NCBI GenBank assembly: GCA_030264375.1
Contig: JASCQW010000001.1
Location: forward strand, 99,368,260 to 99,432,259
DNA: 64,000 bases
DNA from: Carcharhinus longimanus
Lineage: Eukaryota
Direction: 5' to 3'
The position numbers and the translations under genes were made by a program. Under the pieces are notes generated by a model that did no database searches, was not told where the DNA came from, and was given only the letters and a program-made list of their open reading frames with translations. Shown here in pieces: positions 1 through 12,060 of the stretch. Within the stretch, counting starts at the first letter, position 1, and each line of letters opens with the position of its first letter.

Positions 1-157
1 TCTCGGTCTGAAAGATGTGCAGGTTAGGTGCATTGGCCATGCTAAATTCGCCCTCAGTGTAGCTGAATGTGCGCCAAAGTGTGGTGACAAAGGGATTTTC
101 ACAGTAACTTCATTGCAGTGTTAATGTAAGCCTACTTGTGACACTAATAAATAAACT
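1..157 (+). mobile_element. HE1-like (V-SINE) SINE, 3' part, tail type A
   Basis: ggttaggtgcattggccatgctaaatt core and tail gggattttcacagtaacttcattgcagtgttaatgtaagcctacttgtgacactaataaataaac, shared with copies at 24.0, 27.6, 47.5 and 61.0 kb. Confidence 0.9.
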
Positions 158-556
158 AGTTGTACTCATGTAGCAAAGTAAATTCTTCAAATTTCATGCT
201 ATATTTCGGTTTGTAAAAGTGGCTCTGCTGCCAGTGTCAAGTGATAACTTGTATTGCTGATAGAAACAAACCTTCAGTCACCACTGTGGTGAATATAAAG
301 AAAAGAGAATATGCAACTTAAAATAAAAAATTAAGATTAATCGAAACACTTGAAAATTAAATTGGAATTAGGAATAAGAGAATTGTCATTTCAAAAGTCG
401 AAGGAAAAATCAGTCAAACAATTGTAAATAAAAATCAGCACATTTTCGACGATGTAGTGAGATTTGTGGTGATATTTATTGGATTTGGGGTGATATCCAG
501 TGGATCTGAGGAGATGTTTAAGGACTGTTACTGTTTGCTGTGCAGATACATGGATT

Positions 557-838
557 TGGGCCAGTGTCTGTGGGAGTTTGCGCATTCTCCCTGTGGTTGC
601 GTTGGTTTCCTCCGGGTGCTCTGGTTTCCTCCCACATCCCAAAGATGTGCTCTTAGGCTGATTGGTGTGACAAATTGTCCCTAAATTATTCTCCCTTTAA
701 TCTGGTTTCCAATGGGGGTACCATAAGCATATACATGGGTCAAGGGTGGAGGAGGAAAAGCACATTGTTAACATGGCGGTGCGGGCTCTTTGGGCCGAAG
801 GGCCTGTTTCCCGTGCTGTATTGTTCTTTGTTCTTTGA
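557..838 (+). mobile_element. HE1-like SINE core followed by CR1-type 3' tail
   Basis: gtgtctgtgggagtttgcgcattctccc...ggtttcctcc core; ends gggccgaagggcctgtttcccgtgctgtattgttctttgttcttt. Confidence 0.75.
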
Positions 839-1224
839 TACTTAATGAGATCGTTGGGGGGGGGGGGTTAATGAGATCTTGGGGTTAATTAGTGAGATAC
901 ATACAAGAATCTAAGAGAATATCTGATGAATTTAACTTGTGTACTATTCGTTCACTAATGAAACAAACCAACATACCAAACAATCAACCTCTTCCTGAAT
1001 TCATTCCATTTGTATGCATGCAGTTAAATACTTTAAAGACTCTTCACTTTGATGCATGTCAATAATTCCACTCTTAATTGAGATAGAATTTAATTAATAA
1101 AAAAGCTGTTTGCATAGGCTATACATATATTATATACTTAGTGCCAATTTCACAAACAATTAACTCACCAGTGGTGTAGTCTAGGAATGGATCCAAAAGG
1201 TTGGATCTTTGTTAACAAGATGGG

Positions 1225-1411
1225 AAGTTTGAGTTGGGAAATGATTCTCCAGAACATGGCTGTGAGCAACCCAGGAGCATCGAAGGAAGAATCTCTTCAC
1301 TTTCCAATGGGCGAAGCAATCAATAGTGGCCGTGTGAGGATGGGATGATTGGAGGCTGGAGACCATGTAATGGAACCACCAGCAATATGTTCAACCAAGA
1401 TGGCAACCCTA
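1225..1411 (-). mobile_element. Old DNA-transposon/MITE-like repeat with TAGGGTTGCCA terminus
   Basis: Minus strand starts TAGGGTTGCCATCTTGGTTGAAC, a terminus I recall from ancient vertebrate MITE-like repeats; no convincing ORF. Confidence 0.4.
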
Positions 1412-1834
1412 AACCAAGCCCAAGCTTTGAGAATACCACACACAAAGATCCATCCTTGTTATATGTTTTATATTTGTTGCTGAGGGTACATGCAGATGTA
1501 ATTAAATGCAGAACTTGATCTAAATTAGCTTGAATTAATTCCATGACAAATTCTCCATAAATTATTTGGGCTCTTTATTCTTCATATGCCATTCAGTCAA
1601 CTAAAATGTGTGACTCTTGATTCCCCTACTCTTCAAGCTAGGACCCAGTGTATTTCCGCAAGCTGAATTGTTCTTCCTTGGTTGCAATGTCATATTGGTA
1701 CTTTTTTTGAATTTTATTCAAAAGCTCTACAGGACTGTTGAAGCACAAAGCAATTACATTTAGAACTAGATGCCAGTTAGGCCCATTTTCATAACTGTCA
1801 GGAGCAAAGTCCACATTAGAGATTAGAGTGTATA

Positions 1835-2905
1835 ATTAAAGTGCATGGGATTGGGGATAGTGTATTGAGATGGAAAGAAAATTGTCAGCAGACAGGAAAC
1901 AAATAGTAGGTAGTTTTTGATAAGAGAGGGGATTAAGGGTTATGGGGAGAGGGCGGGAATGTGGAACTGAGCCACGACAGATCAGCNNNNNNNNNNNNNN
2001 NNNNNNNNNNNNNNNNNNNNNNNNNNNNNNNNNNNNNNNNNNNNNNNNNNNNNNNNNNNNNNNNNNNNNNNNNNNNNNNNNNNNNNATGATCTTATTGAA
2101 TGGCGGGGCAGGCTCGAAAGGCTAGATGGCCTACTCCTGCTCCTATTTCTTATGTTCTTATGAATAAATGGGTCTTTTTCCAAATGGCAGGCAGCAACTA
2201 TTGCGATACCACACAGATCAGTGCCAGGCCCCAGATATTCAAAATAGATACTAATGATTTAGTAGAGGAAACTAAATATAGTATCTCCAAATTTACAGAT
2301 GGGTGGGAGGGTGAGCTATGAAAAGGGTGCAGAGACCCTTCAGTATGATTTGGAGAAGATGAGTGGGTGGGTAAGTGCATGGCAGATTCCGTACAATGTG
2401 AGGTTATCCACTTTGGTAGCAATAACAGGAAAGCAGATTATTATCTGAATGGCTATAAATCAAGAGGGGGAATGTGCAACAGGACCTGGGAGTCCTCATA
2501 CACCAGTCGCTGAAGGTGAGCATGTGGGTGCAGCAGACAGTAAAAAAGGGAAACGGTATGTTGACCTTCGTAGCGAGATGATTCGAGTGCTGGAGCAGGG
2601 ATGTATTGATGCAATTATACAGGGCCTTGGTGAGGTCACACCTGGAATAATACATGCAGTTTTGGTCTCCTTATCTGAGGAAGGATGTCCTTGCTATAAA
2701 GGGAATACAGCAAAGCTTGACCAGACTGAGACCAAAAATTGTATGTTTTCAACAAGGAGTTAGATTTAGTTGTTGGGATAAAAGGGATCAAAAATTATGG
2801 GGGGGAGAGGCGGGAACAAACTATTGAGTTGGATGATCAGCCATGATCATAATGAACAGCAGAGCAGGCTGAATGGCCTCCTCCTGCTCCTATTTTCTAT
2901 TTCTC
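1835..2905 (+). mobile_element. Degenerate CR1 LINE with a nested younger CR1 3' end
   Basis: CR1 RT remnants (aaagtgcatgggattggggatag; gccttggtgaggtcacacctgga); two CR1 3' tails at ~2100-2163 and ~2830-2900. Confidence 0.8.
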
Positions 2906-3839
2906 AATTTCTATCTGAGCTGTAGGGGAGTCAGAGTTGGCTGAGGTGTGGGGGTATAGGGGAGGAGGAGGGAAACCGGAGGTGGGTGCATGAAAAAGAG
3001 CCATGGAAGCTGGAGAAGCTTAACATTTTTGTTGGTTGAAGGGATGAGCTCCTGTTCAGCCCCCACGTCTGTTAGAAGCAGCCCTGATAATATAAACATG
3101 GCACAAGTTCTGGGTCATCAACCCAAGATTCCTGAATGACAGCTAAACCATCAGTGTGGGCTCCTCCAGAGCTCTTTCTGGCACACAGAAACTTGTAGAT
3201 TTCAGCTGAAGAGAGATCACTGGAAATTGTGGCACCGTTGCAGCCAGCAATAATGGCAAATGCCTCAGCATTCACCACTATTGAGACTGTAAGATTCAGG
3301 TCAATCATTCTAGTCCGTTTTATTTAATTTACTTAATATATAATCCTGTTAACCGAAGATGGAGTTAAATCTATGTGGTTTTTGCAGCATCTGCTTTGAA
3401 CTGGATCAGGTTTCATTCTCTCCTAATCCGGCCTCATTATTCTCATCCTTCCTCTGACTGCTAGTCTTGTTTTCCAAGTTGAAAGTTTCACCCCACTGGC
3501 TGTCACTATCTCCGTCTTGGTTTTCTCTCTCTCTCCCCCTATTTCCCCAAGTATTTCTACTTCTGCATTCTGTTAATATTTTTAAACCTTATTGTTTCTT
3601 TAACAACATTAAAATTATGACAGGTAAATTGGCTCTCCAGATGTTATGAGAGTTAGTTTAGTGATTAGAGTTTTGGTGATTTGACATTAACTGAAGAGTT
3701 AAATTGCCTTAAAGCCAAACAAATATTTATTAGCTGCTAGCTAATATGGCAGGACAGCTGGAACTTGGTCACATTGCCCATCCCATGCCATATATGAGCT
3801 GCAGAACACTGTTTATCCTTGAAGACCGTACATACTCCC

Positions 3840-3965
3840 TAAGGTTATGGGGAGAAAGCAGGATTAGGCAGTTGAGTTGGACGATCAGCCATGATCGTAA
3901 TGAATGAAGGAACAGACTCAAAGGCCAAATGACCTCTTCCTGCTCCTATCTTCTATTTTTCTATA
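3840..3965 (+). mobile_element. CR1 3' end fragment
   Basis: aaggttatggggagaaagcagga...gatcagccatgatc...cctgctcctatcttctat. Confidence 0.8.
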
Positions 3966-4154
3966 TAGGAACTTCTGGTAACTGAGCTTGAGCTCAGTGG
4001 TTCTAAACTTGAGGACTAGCTGGCATCATGGCGGTGCAAACGGAAGGCTGGCAATTTAATGGTGAGTGTGTTTCTAGAGGTGGTCATCCCACAGCCGTCA
4101 TTTTCCAGCAGTGACGTGAAGGTCATGCTGTGAGGGAGAGGAGGGAGGCCAAAA

Positions 4155-4380
4155 GAGAAAATGCTGGAAAATCTCAGCAGATTTGGCAGCCTCTGTAAGG
4201 AGAGAAAAGAACTGATGTTTCGAGTCCAGATGATCCTTTGTCAAAGCTTTAACAAACGGTCATCTGGACTCGAAGTGTCAGCTCTTTTCTCTCCTTAGAG
4301 ATGCTGTCAGACCTGCGGAGATTTTCCAGCGTTTGCTGTTTTAGTTTCAGATTCCAGCATCTGCAGTAATTTGCTTTTAT
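4155..4380. mobile_element. Penelope-derived fold-back element with degenerate hammerhead motif
   Basis: Imperfect inverted arms ~4157-4246 and 4247-4334 with no spacer, centred on AAAGCTTT; arm consensus TTGACAAAGGGTCATCTGGACTCGAAACGTCAGC. Confidence 0.75.
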
Positions 4381-4623
4381 AGAGGAGAGAGGCCCTGTTC
4401 CTGGAGGGTGACAAGCAGAGGTTATCCACACAGAAAAAGCAGGTGTGGGTGGGTATCGTTACTACTGCCAATGGCAGAACTATAATGAGAAGAAGATGTA
4501 TCCAGTGCAGGAACCTGATACATTCTGGCAAGGTGAATACGACAATCCACAGGACAGGCCTTTGGGCCTTCAGCCTATAGCAGAGACCAGTTGAGGAGTC
4601 TCAAGATGCATGCTTTTCCTGAA

Positions 4624-4927
4624 CATAGAAGTTCACAGAATCATATGGTGCGGAGGATGTCATATGGCCCATTGAGTCCGCACTGACCACATACCCTCAT
4701 GCATTTACCTTAGCTTGTCCCCTGACACTCAAGGGCAATTTAGCATGGACCATCCACCTAACTCGCACATCTTTGGACTGTCGGAGGAAACTGGAGCACC
4801 CAGAGGAAACCCACGCAGACACAGGGAGAATGTGCAAACTCCACACAGGCAGTGATCCAAGCTCGGAATCAAACTCGGGTCCCTGGCACTGTGAGGCAGT
4901 CATGCTAACCACAGTGTCACCGTGCCG
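4624..4927 (-). mobile_element. HE1-like SINE, CR1-type tail
   Basis: Reverse complement of tRNA-like head (cacggtgacactgtggttagc), V-SINE core and tail. Confidence 0.9.
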
Positions 4928-6344
4928 CAGTGAGGGAGGAGCATTCACCCAGGGCACTTACTAGGCCCTCAGAATAGCTGAGGACCTGTCNNNNNNNNNN
5001 NNNNNNNNNNNNNNNNNNNNNNNNNNNNNNNNNNNNNNNNNNNNNNNNNNNNNNCATGCTCCCTTTTGTCAAATGTCAGAGGACATTGACAGGTGAAGGG
5101 CGATCCTACCAGCAAATCATCACACCATGGGAGAGTGGGTCATAGAAATAATAAGGAGTACATCGTACTCCACGCCATCCAATAGCATACCAAACACTGA
5201 TGTGCCTCAGCACCAGCAGTACTCAGTACCTGCAAAGGACAATAATGAGAAAGTGCGTACTTATTTTACAAGAACACTGTCCACAGGAGCAAGTAGTCTT
5301 CGCCTTGGTGGATCCTCGCGCATGATAAGAAAAGGTATCAGTGGGTGAGAAGCACAGCACTCATGTGCAGGAGGGGGTGACAAAGGCAGCTGTGGGCAGT
5401 TCCCTTCCGCGTATAAAGGGCACACACGACCCTGCTCAACTATACACAAATGCAAGACCTCAGGAATCACAGGGAAGGAAGTTCCACGTAGACCAGCTAC
5501 AGATGTCATAGACTCCTGTAGCATAGGTTTACTGTCATCTTCACATATTTCTATCTTTGTTGGCAGATCCTATGCTAACAGTTTGTCCTTCCTGGTACTT
5601 GTCCCTCTCCTCTGCCCTCCTGGGGATTTTCACAGTACCTTCATCGCAGTGTGAACGTAAGCCTACTTGTGACTAATAAATAAACTTTGTTGCCTGAGGA
5701 TCTGCCCTTCCTGTGGAGGGCATGGCTCTTTATCACCTCTGAGAGTTATGCCCTCATTGCCAGCTGATGCCTTCCATCTGTTCAGGCAGCTGGTGAATTG
5801 TCCTTTGCTGGCAGGTCCTCAACTAACAGTGCTGAATCGTACTGAGGAAATTCTAGGCTGTAAATCTATCTATAAGAAGAGATAAGTTCATTGATTTAAC
5901 GACAAGAGGCGAGGAGAAAATTAAAGCAACTAGCACATGACCTTATTGTCAAACATACATTTAATAAATTTTCATTGCCCTCCTTATCCAGTTGTTCTGA
6001 TGCCATTTCCAATCAGTTTTTATTTCTTTGTTATATTATTTATTTTACAGAATGTGGGAGTTGCCTTTTAAGCCAGCCTTTAGTGTCTACTTGATTTGCT
6101 ACAATCCATGTGGTATGGGTGCACCCACGGGGTGGGGGGGAGTTCCAGGATTTTGACCCAGTGACAGTGAAAGAATGGTCATACAGTCCCAAGTCAGAAT
6201 AGTGTGTGGCTAGAGGGGAACTTGCTGGTGGTGGTGTTCCCAGGCATCCGGTACCCTTGTTCTTTTAGGTGATACAGGTTATGACTTAGGAAGGTGCTGT
6301 TAAAGGAGTCTTGGTGAGCTGCTGCAATGCATCTTATAGATCAT

Positions 6345-7578
6345 TGTAACAAACACCATTACTTACTATAAGTTTAAATTGGAGTTGCAGATCGGGAGCT
6401 ACAGTTCTTGGCGGGCCTTGGAAATTCTGTGCATGCTCCAGCCAGAAAAAGGCTGCATAAATATGCTTAGTGGTTTTTATGTTCTTTAGGCCAAGAAGTG
6501 GCCATGCATGCATAAGTAGAATAAAAAGATGAAAAAGAAGCAGAACAGTATGAGGCTGCAGATCAGGTGACAGAAGAGGAGTTCCAGTCAAGAGAAGGTG
6601 TCCCAGGGAGCAAGACAGACGGACGGGGCCAGGGAGAAGACTTCAAAACTAGAACAAGGTCCCAAACCAGCAAATGGGACAGAAAGAGGTCCCATAGGAT
6701 AGTACCAGCCAGGAATAAAGACAGAATCAGAGCTAGATCCCACTGAGTCAAAATAAATAACAAGATGGGAGAATGCCTCAAAGTTAGAGGAAAAGCTGCA
6801 AGGAGCAGACTAGAAGTGAAATGGTCTTAACAAAAATTCTGAAGATCAGAGGGGATACAAAGATTGTGCTGAGGGCCATAAAGGCAAAGCTAGCATTTTT
6901 GTGCAGTGATATTCTGGCATGTTCGAAGATCTGAAGTTTGAAAGGTGCACACAGAGATCCAGAGGAAAAGATCTCGTCAGAAGGTGAGATTCAAACCAAG
7001 GCAGTGGACTCTTATTGAAGTTGTCTGAGCGGGAACTACTTTTGGATATAATTCCAAGGTAGTTCTTCAGCTGTGGCAATTGGAAACCCTCATGAGGAAG
7101 ATAAGTTTTCAGTAAGGCTAGTTGACTCAGACTGTGTGTGTGTTGTTGAGAAATCCATAGAATCTGCTTTACTCATATCTGTCACTTGCTTTGGAGTGTG
7201 GAGTAATTCACTTGTTAATTCACATGTACCACTTACTTAGCTGAATATTGGACTATGAGATAGATATGCTAAGTTGTCTATCTTTCTGAACTTGTAGGTG
7301 TCTGTAAAGATATTGCCAGAGAGAAGGAAGAGTGAATACTTGAATCATTTTCTTGTGTTTATATTGAAGTCTTTCCAATCTTTTTGTTTGGTGTAACACG
7401 GTTCATTTCTCTTGATTTATAAATGTTTATTCTTTGTGTTAAAAGTTCAATAGCAGACTCCTGTGAAATCGTTTGCCCACTTTCCTCCATAGTTTCTAAA
7501 AGAAGTAGGGATCCATCAGGCTACAGTCCACTCTGGGATCTGACATGTCCAGTGTTAACATCAGCTTGAACCATTGCA
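6345..7578 (+). mobile_element. Probable solo LTR inserted in the LINE
   Basis: Starts TGTAAC, ends ...CATTGCA; LINE resumes after it (tagat|ggtacac); no coding potential. Confidence 0.55.
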
Positions 7579-7693
7579 TGGTACACATGGCTGCCACTGT
7601 GCGTCAGTGGTGGAGGGATTGGATGTTGAAGCTGTTGGATGGAGTGCCATTTAGATGGGCTGCTTTGTTGGGAATAGTGTTGAGCTGCTTAAG

Positions 7694-8721
7694 TGTTAAG
7701 GAATTGACTCAGTCTATGAAAAGGGTAAAAATTCAGCTAAAACAAAATACAATTAAAAGTCTTCTGTGGGAAATAGACATTATTTTCACAGACACACAGA
7801 GACAAACAAGAAGACTTGAACCACAGGCTTTCCAAACAGTTAACCATGCTTAAACTGACAATGTGACACCTGTTTTCAGAAAAAAAAACCTCAATTCAAA
7901 AGAATTGCTCAGACAAAGAGCCTTAGGAAGATAGCACACAGTGAAGGTCATATCCTCAAACCAGCAGAATTTCTTTATATTAGAACCTGAGGTTAATCAG
8001 TAGTCAGATCTGCAAACTCTGTGAGGAATTCAGAACGCCACAGTTAGAGTTGAAGTCTTATTAGAGTGCCCCGTAAGCTGAGGAAAGAACAACAAAAGCT
8101 ATACTTTATAGTTTGGATTATAAGTATAAAACAAGTTTATCATTTGTTTGAATATCTTAACTATTTTAATTCTTAAATAATATTGCAATTTGAAGCTAGT
8201 ACTTTTGAATTAATTAATTTATCTTATAATCATACTTTATAGTACTCAGAACACTATTACAATGTAATTTAAGATTTAAACTTTAATGAAGCATTATAGT
8301 AACCATTATAAAGGTTATAGTCTCCATCTGTAAACTTCACAAACTATAAATCTTTTAGAATCCTTAATTATAAAATTCTACTTTCTGATAGAGGAGACTT
8401 TAAGAGAGACAGGTCTATTATAATACATAATACATGTCCTTCCTGAGATAATGTTGTTCAGTTTGAAAACTCTCAGAAGAAAGGGCATTTTATCTTAGAC
8501 CAAATCACTATCTAGCATTGCTGATTACACTGTAATGAAACTATATTTTAGGAATTTCTTTTAGTTGATGTTTTAATCTAACAAAAGTTCAAATGAAGAT
8601 TTATCCTTGTTGAACTGAGGGCTGCATGGTGGGAAGGGCCAGGCTCAGTGCCTCTGGGGGGAGGCGGGGGAGGAGCAGGGGCATGGAGGGCAGTTTGTGG
8701 AGAGATAACAGGACTCTAATA
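7694..8721. mobile_element. Second insertion in the LINE, possible solo LTR
   Basis: Starts TGTTAAGG, AT-rich; LINE resumes at gctaaagctgcaatcatccagg. Confidence 0.4.
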
Positions 8722-10559
8722 GCTAAAGCTGCAATCATCCAGGTAAATGGAGAATGTTCCATTATACGCCAATCTTATTCCTTGTAGATGGCGGACAGGC
8801 TTTGGTGAGTCAGGAGGTGGGTTACTTTCTGCAGAGTTCCCAACTTCTGACCTGCTCCTAAAGCCACAGTATTCATATGGCTGGTTCAGTTCAATGGTAG
8901 CCCCCCAGGATGTTGATAATTGGGGATTCAGCAATGGTAATGCCATTGAATGTCAAGGATGAATGGCTGTATTCTGCCCTCTTGAAGATGGTCATTGCCT
9001 CTTACTTGTATGGAGAGAATATAATTTGCCACTTATTAACCCAAGCTTTAATGCTGCCTGGGTGTCACTGCATATGGGCACGGATAGGTTCAGTATCTGA
9101 AGGGGTGTAAATGATACTGAACATTGTGCGACCATCAGCAAATGTCCCCATTTCTGACCTTGTGATGGAAGGAAGGTCACTGACAAGACAACTAAAAATG
9201 GTTGGGCCTAAGACACCATCCCTAAAGAACTCCTGAAATAATGTCCCGGGAGCGCAACAATTGACCTACAACAATCATAACCTTTGTGCCAGGTATGACT
9301 TCAGACTATGGCAAGTTTTTCTCCTGATTCCCATTGATTCTAGTTTTGCTAGGGCACCTTGATGCGACACTCGGTCAATTGCTGCTTTGAGGTCAAGAAC
9401 CATGATTTTCAGCTCACCTCTTGAGTTCAGCTCTTGTATCCATGTTTGGACTAAGGCTGCAATAAAGTCAGGAGCTGAGTGGCCCTGGTGGAAACCAAAC
9501 GGAGCACCAATGAGCAGGTTATTTTTGAGCAAGTGCTGTTTGATCAGGCCGTCAAAAACTCCTTCTATAAGTTTGTTGATGATCGAGTGTGTGCTGATGG
9601 GGTGGTAATTGGCTACATTGGATTTGTCCTGATTCTCATGGACAGAACATAACCTGGGCAATTTTCAACATTGTTGCATGTATGTCAGTGTTGTAGCTAT
9701 ATTGGCTAGGGGTGCAGTTAGTTATGGAGCACAAGTCTTCAGTACTATTGCTGGAATGTCACCAGGGCCAGTAGCCTTAGTGGCCATTTCTTGAGTGAAT
9801 CACATTGATTGAAGACTAACATGTGTGCTGCTAGAGACCTCAGGAAAAAGTGGAAATGGATCATCCACTTAGCATGTCTGGGTGAAGTTGGTTGTAAATG
9901 CTTCAACTTGTTGCACTCATTTGTTGTGCTCTCCCATCATGGAGTTTGAGGACATTTGTAGAGCCTCCTCCTTCAACTAATTGTTTCCTTGTCCACCCCT
10001 ATTCATGACTGCAAGTGGCAGGACTGCAAAGCTGAGCCCTGATCTGTTAGATGTGGAATTATTTAGCTGTATTACTTGTTTATGTTGCTTGGCATGGCAG
10101 TAGTCTTCAGTCGTCGCTTCATCAGTTTGACACCTCATTTTAAGGTATGCCTGGTATTGCTCCTTCCACACCCTCCTGCACTCCTCACTGAAACAGGTTT
10201 GGTGGTAATGATAGAGTGGGGGATATGCCGAGCCATGAAGTTACAGATTGTGGTATAAGTCTGCTGTTTCTGATGGCCCACAGCATCACATGGATGGCCA
10301 GTTATGTGTTGCTAGATCTATCCCATTTAGCACCATAGTTGTGCAACACAACACAATGGACTGTATCTTCAATGTGAAGAAGGGACATCATCTTCGCAAG
10401 GACTATGTGGTAGTCACTCCTGACAAAATTGTCATCTGCAACAGATTGATTGGTGAGGTTGAAGTCAAATCAGTTTTTCTCTCGTTGGTTCCCTCATTAG
10501 CTGCCACAGTAACAATCTTGCAGCTACCTCCATAAAGATTCTGTCTAGTTGGTCAGTAG

Positions 10560-10901
10560 ATAGGGATAGATAGGTTTGAGGTAGACAGATTCTTCCCACT
10601 TAGAAAGGATAGCAGGACTAGAGGGCACAGCCTCAAGATAAGAGGGGGGTGCAGTTTAGATTGGAGTTGAGGAGGAACTTCTTCACTCAAAGGGTGGTGA
10701 ATCTCTGGAATTCTCTGCCCNNNNNNNNNNNNNNNNNNNNNNNNNNNNNNNNNNNNNNNNNNNNNNNNNNNNNNNNNNNNNNNNNNNNNNNNNNNNNNNN
10801 NNNNNNNNNNNNNNNNNNNNGATCTTATTGAATGGCGGGGGAGACTCGAAGGGCTAGATGGCCTACTCCTGCTCCTATTTCTTATGTTCTTATGTTCTTA
10901 T
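10560..10901 (+). mobile_element. CR1 3' fragment inserted in the older LINE
   Basis: FRLELRRNFFTQRVVNLWNSLP, then CR1 tail ending (ttatgttc)n. Confidence 0.9.
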
Positions 10902-11813
10902 GTAGTGGTGCTACTGAGTCACTTTTAGTGATGGGCACTGAACCCCTCCACTCAAAGCACATTCTGTGCCCTTGTCTTGGAGGAGTATTGATTCAAAACC
11001 AGAGAGGATTGGTAGTCAGTAACCAGAAGGAAATTTCATTGCCCAAGTTTGGCCTGATGCCATGGGGCTTCATGCAGTTCAAAATCAATGTTGAGAACTC
11101 CCAGGAAAAATCCCTCCCAACTGTTTACCAATGCCCTGCTACCATGTCTGCTGGCTCTGTCCTGCTGATGGGATGGTGATGGTGGTGTCTTGGACATTAC
11201 CTGTAAGGTATGATTCTGTGAGTATGACTATGTCAGACTGTCGTTCGATTAGTCTATGGGAAGCTCTTCCAATTTTCGCACAAGTCCCCTGGATGTTAGT
11301 TAGAAGGTCTGTTGTTGCTTCCTGTGCCTCAGTCAATGCTGGGCGGTTTGTCCAATTTCAATCCTTTTAGGATTCATAGCGGTTTGATACAACTGAATAG
11401 CTCACAGGCCATTTCAGAATGAATGATATCACTGCGGATCTGGATTCTGGGCATGCAGGCCAGACTAGGTAAGTTGGGCAGATTTCCTTCTCTAAAAGGC
11501 GTTATTGAACCAGTTTATTTTTACAGCAATTAGTATGGTCATTATATTTAATTATAGATTTTATTATTAATTGAATTTAAATTCCACAAGCTGCTGTGGT
11601 GGAATTTGAACTCATGTCCCCAGAGCATTAGTCTATGCCTGTGGATTACTGTGACAGTACCATTGCACCACAGCCTCCCTTATCACTGTCCCCAAAACAT
11701 TCCAAATGAACAAGATAGTGAATAAAAGGAGAAAATGTTGGAAATTGTCCATCAACAGGTCAGTGATTTGTTTCCTATCTGCTTCCTACAGCATCTTTGA
11801 CCTTTGATCTACC

Positions 11814-12060
11814 TGCCCAGTTAATCTCCGTGACACTGCTCCTCTCTCCTCCATATCTGAAGTTGCAATTATTTTGTTCGGAGATTCACACCACTTAATT
11901 TCCATTTTACTCAGGCTGAAACTTTGTTGAATGTGACAGATGCCATTTTTAACTCTCGGCACTTCTGTCAGAAGGGTCCATATTAGAGAACTGAGTTTTG
12001 CATGACTTGGTACAACCCTTGTCCTATACTGTTGGAGTAACGAGTTATATTGTGCTCTTC
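11814..12060 (-). other. Possible coding exon of an unidentified gene
   Basis: Open 82-codon frame in unique sequence between cttatatag| and GGGCAG|gtagat; peptide not recognised. Confidence 0.2.

Larger units (their letters stand above)
6040..11680 (-). mobile_element. Nested, decayed non-LTR retrotransposon (CR1/L2-group APE-RT, apparently single ORF) with tRNA-like 5' head
   Basis: RT remnant 9275-9661 (NYHPIS..KLIEG..FGFHQGHS..LDLKAAIDRVSHQG); APE N-terminus 11139-11336 (TNIQG..DIVILTESYL); 3' end near 6040; segments 6040-6344, 7579-7693, 8722-10560 and 10900-11680 are collinear once insertions are removed. Confidence 0.85.

Noticed and set aside
1169-1408. Apparent minus-strand exon (tttag|...|gtgag)
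   Set aside because: Stops in all frames; the start matches a TAGGGTTGCCA-type repeat terminus
3072-3308. 78-aa ORF
   Set aside because: No recognisable domain or splice sites; adjoins MITE-like sequence
5127-5524. Overlapping short ORFs with a coding-like look
   Set aside because: No recognisable motif; probably a decayed transposon
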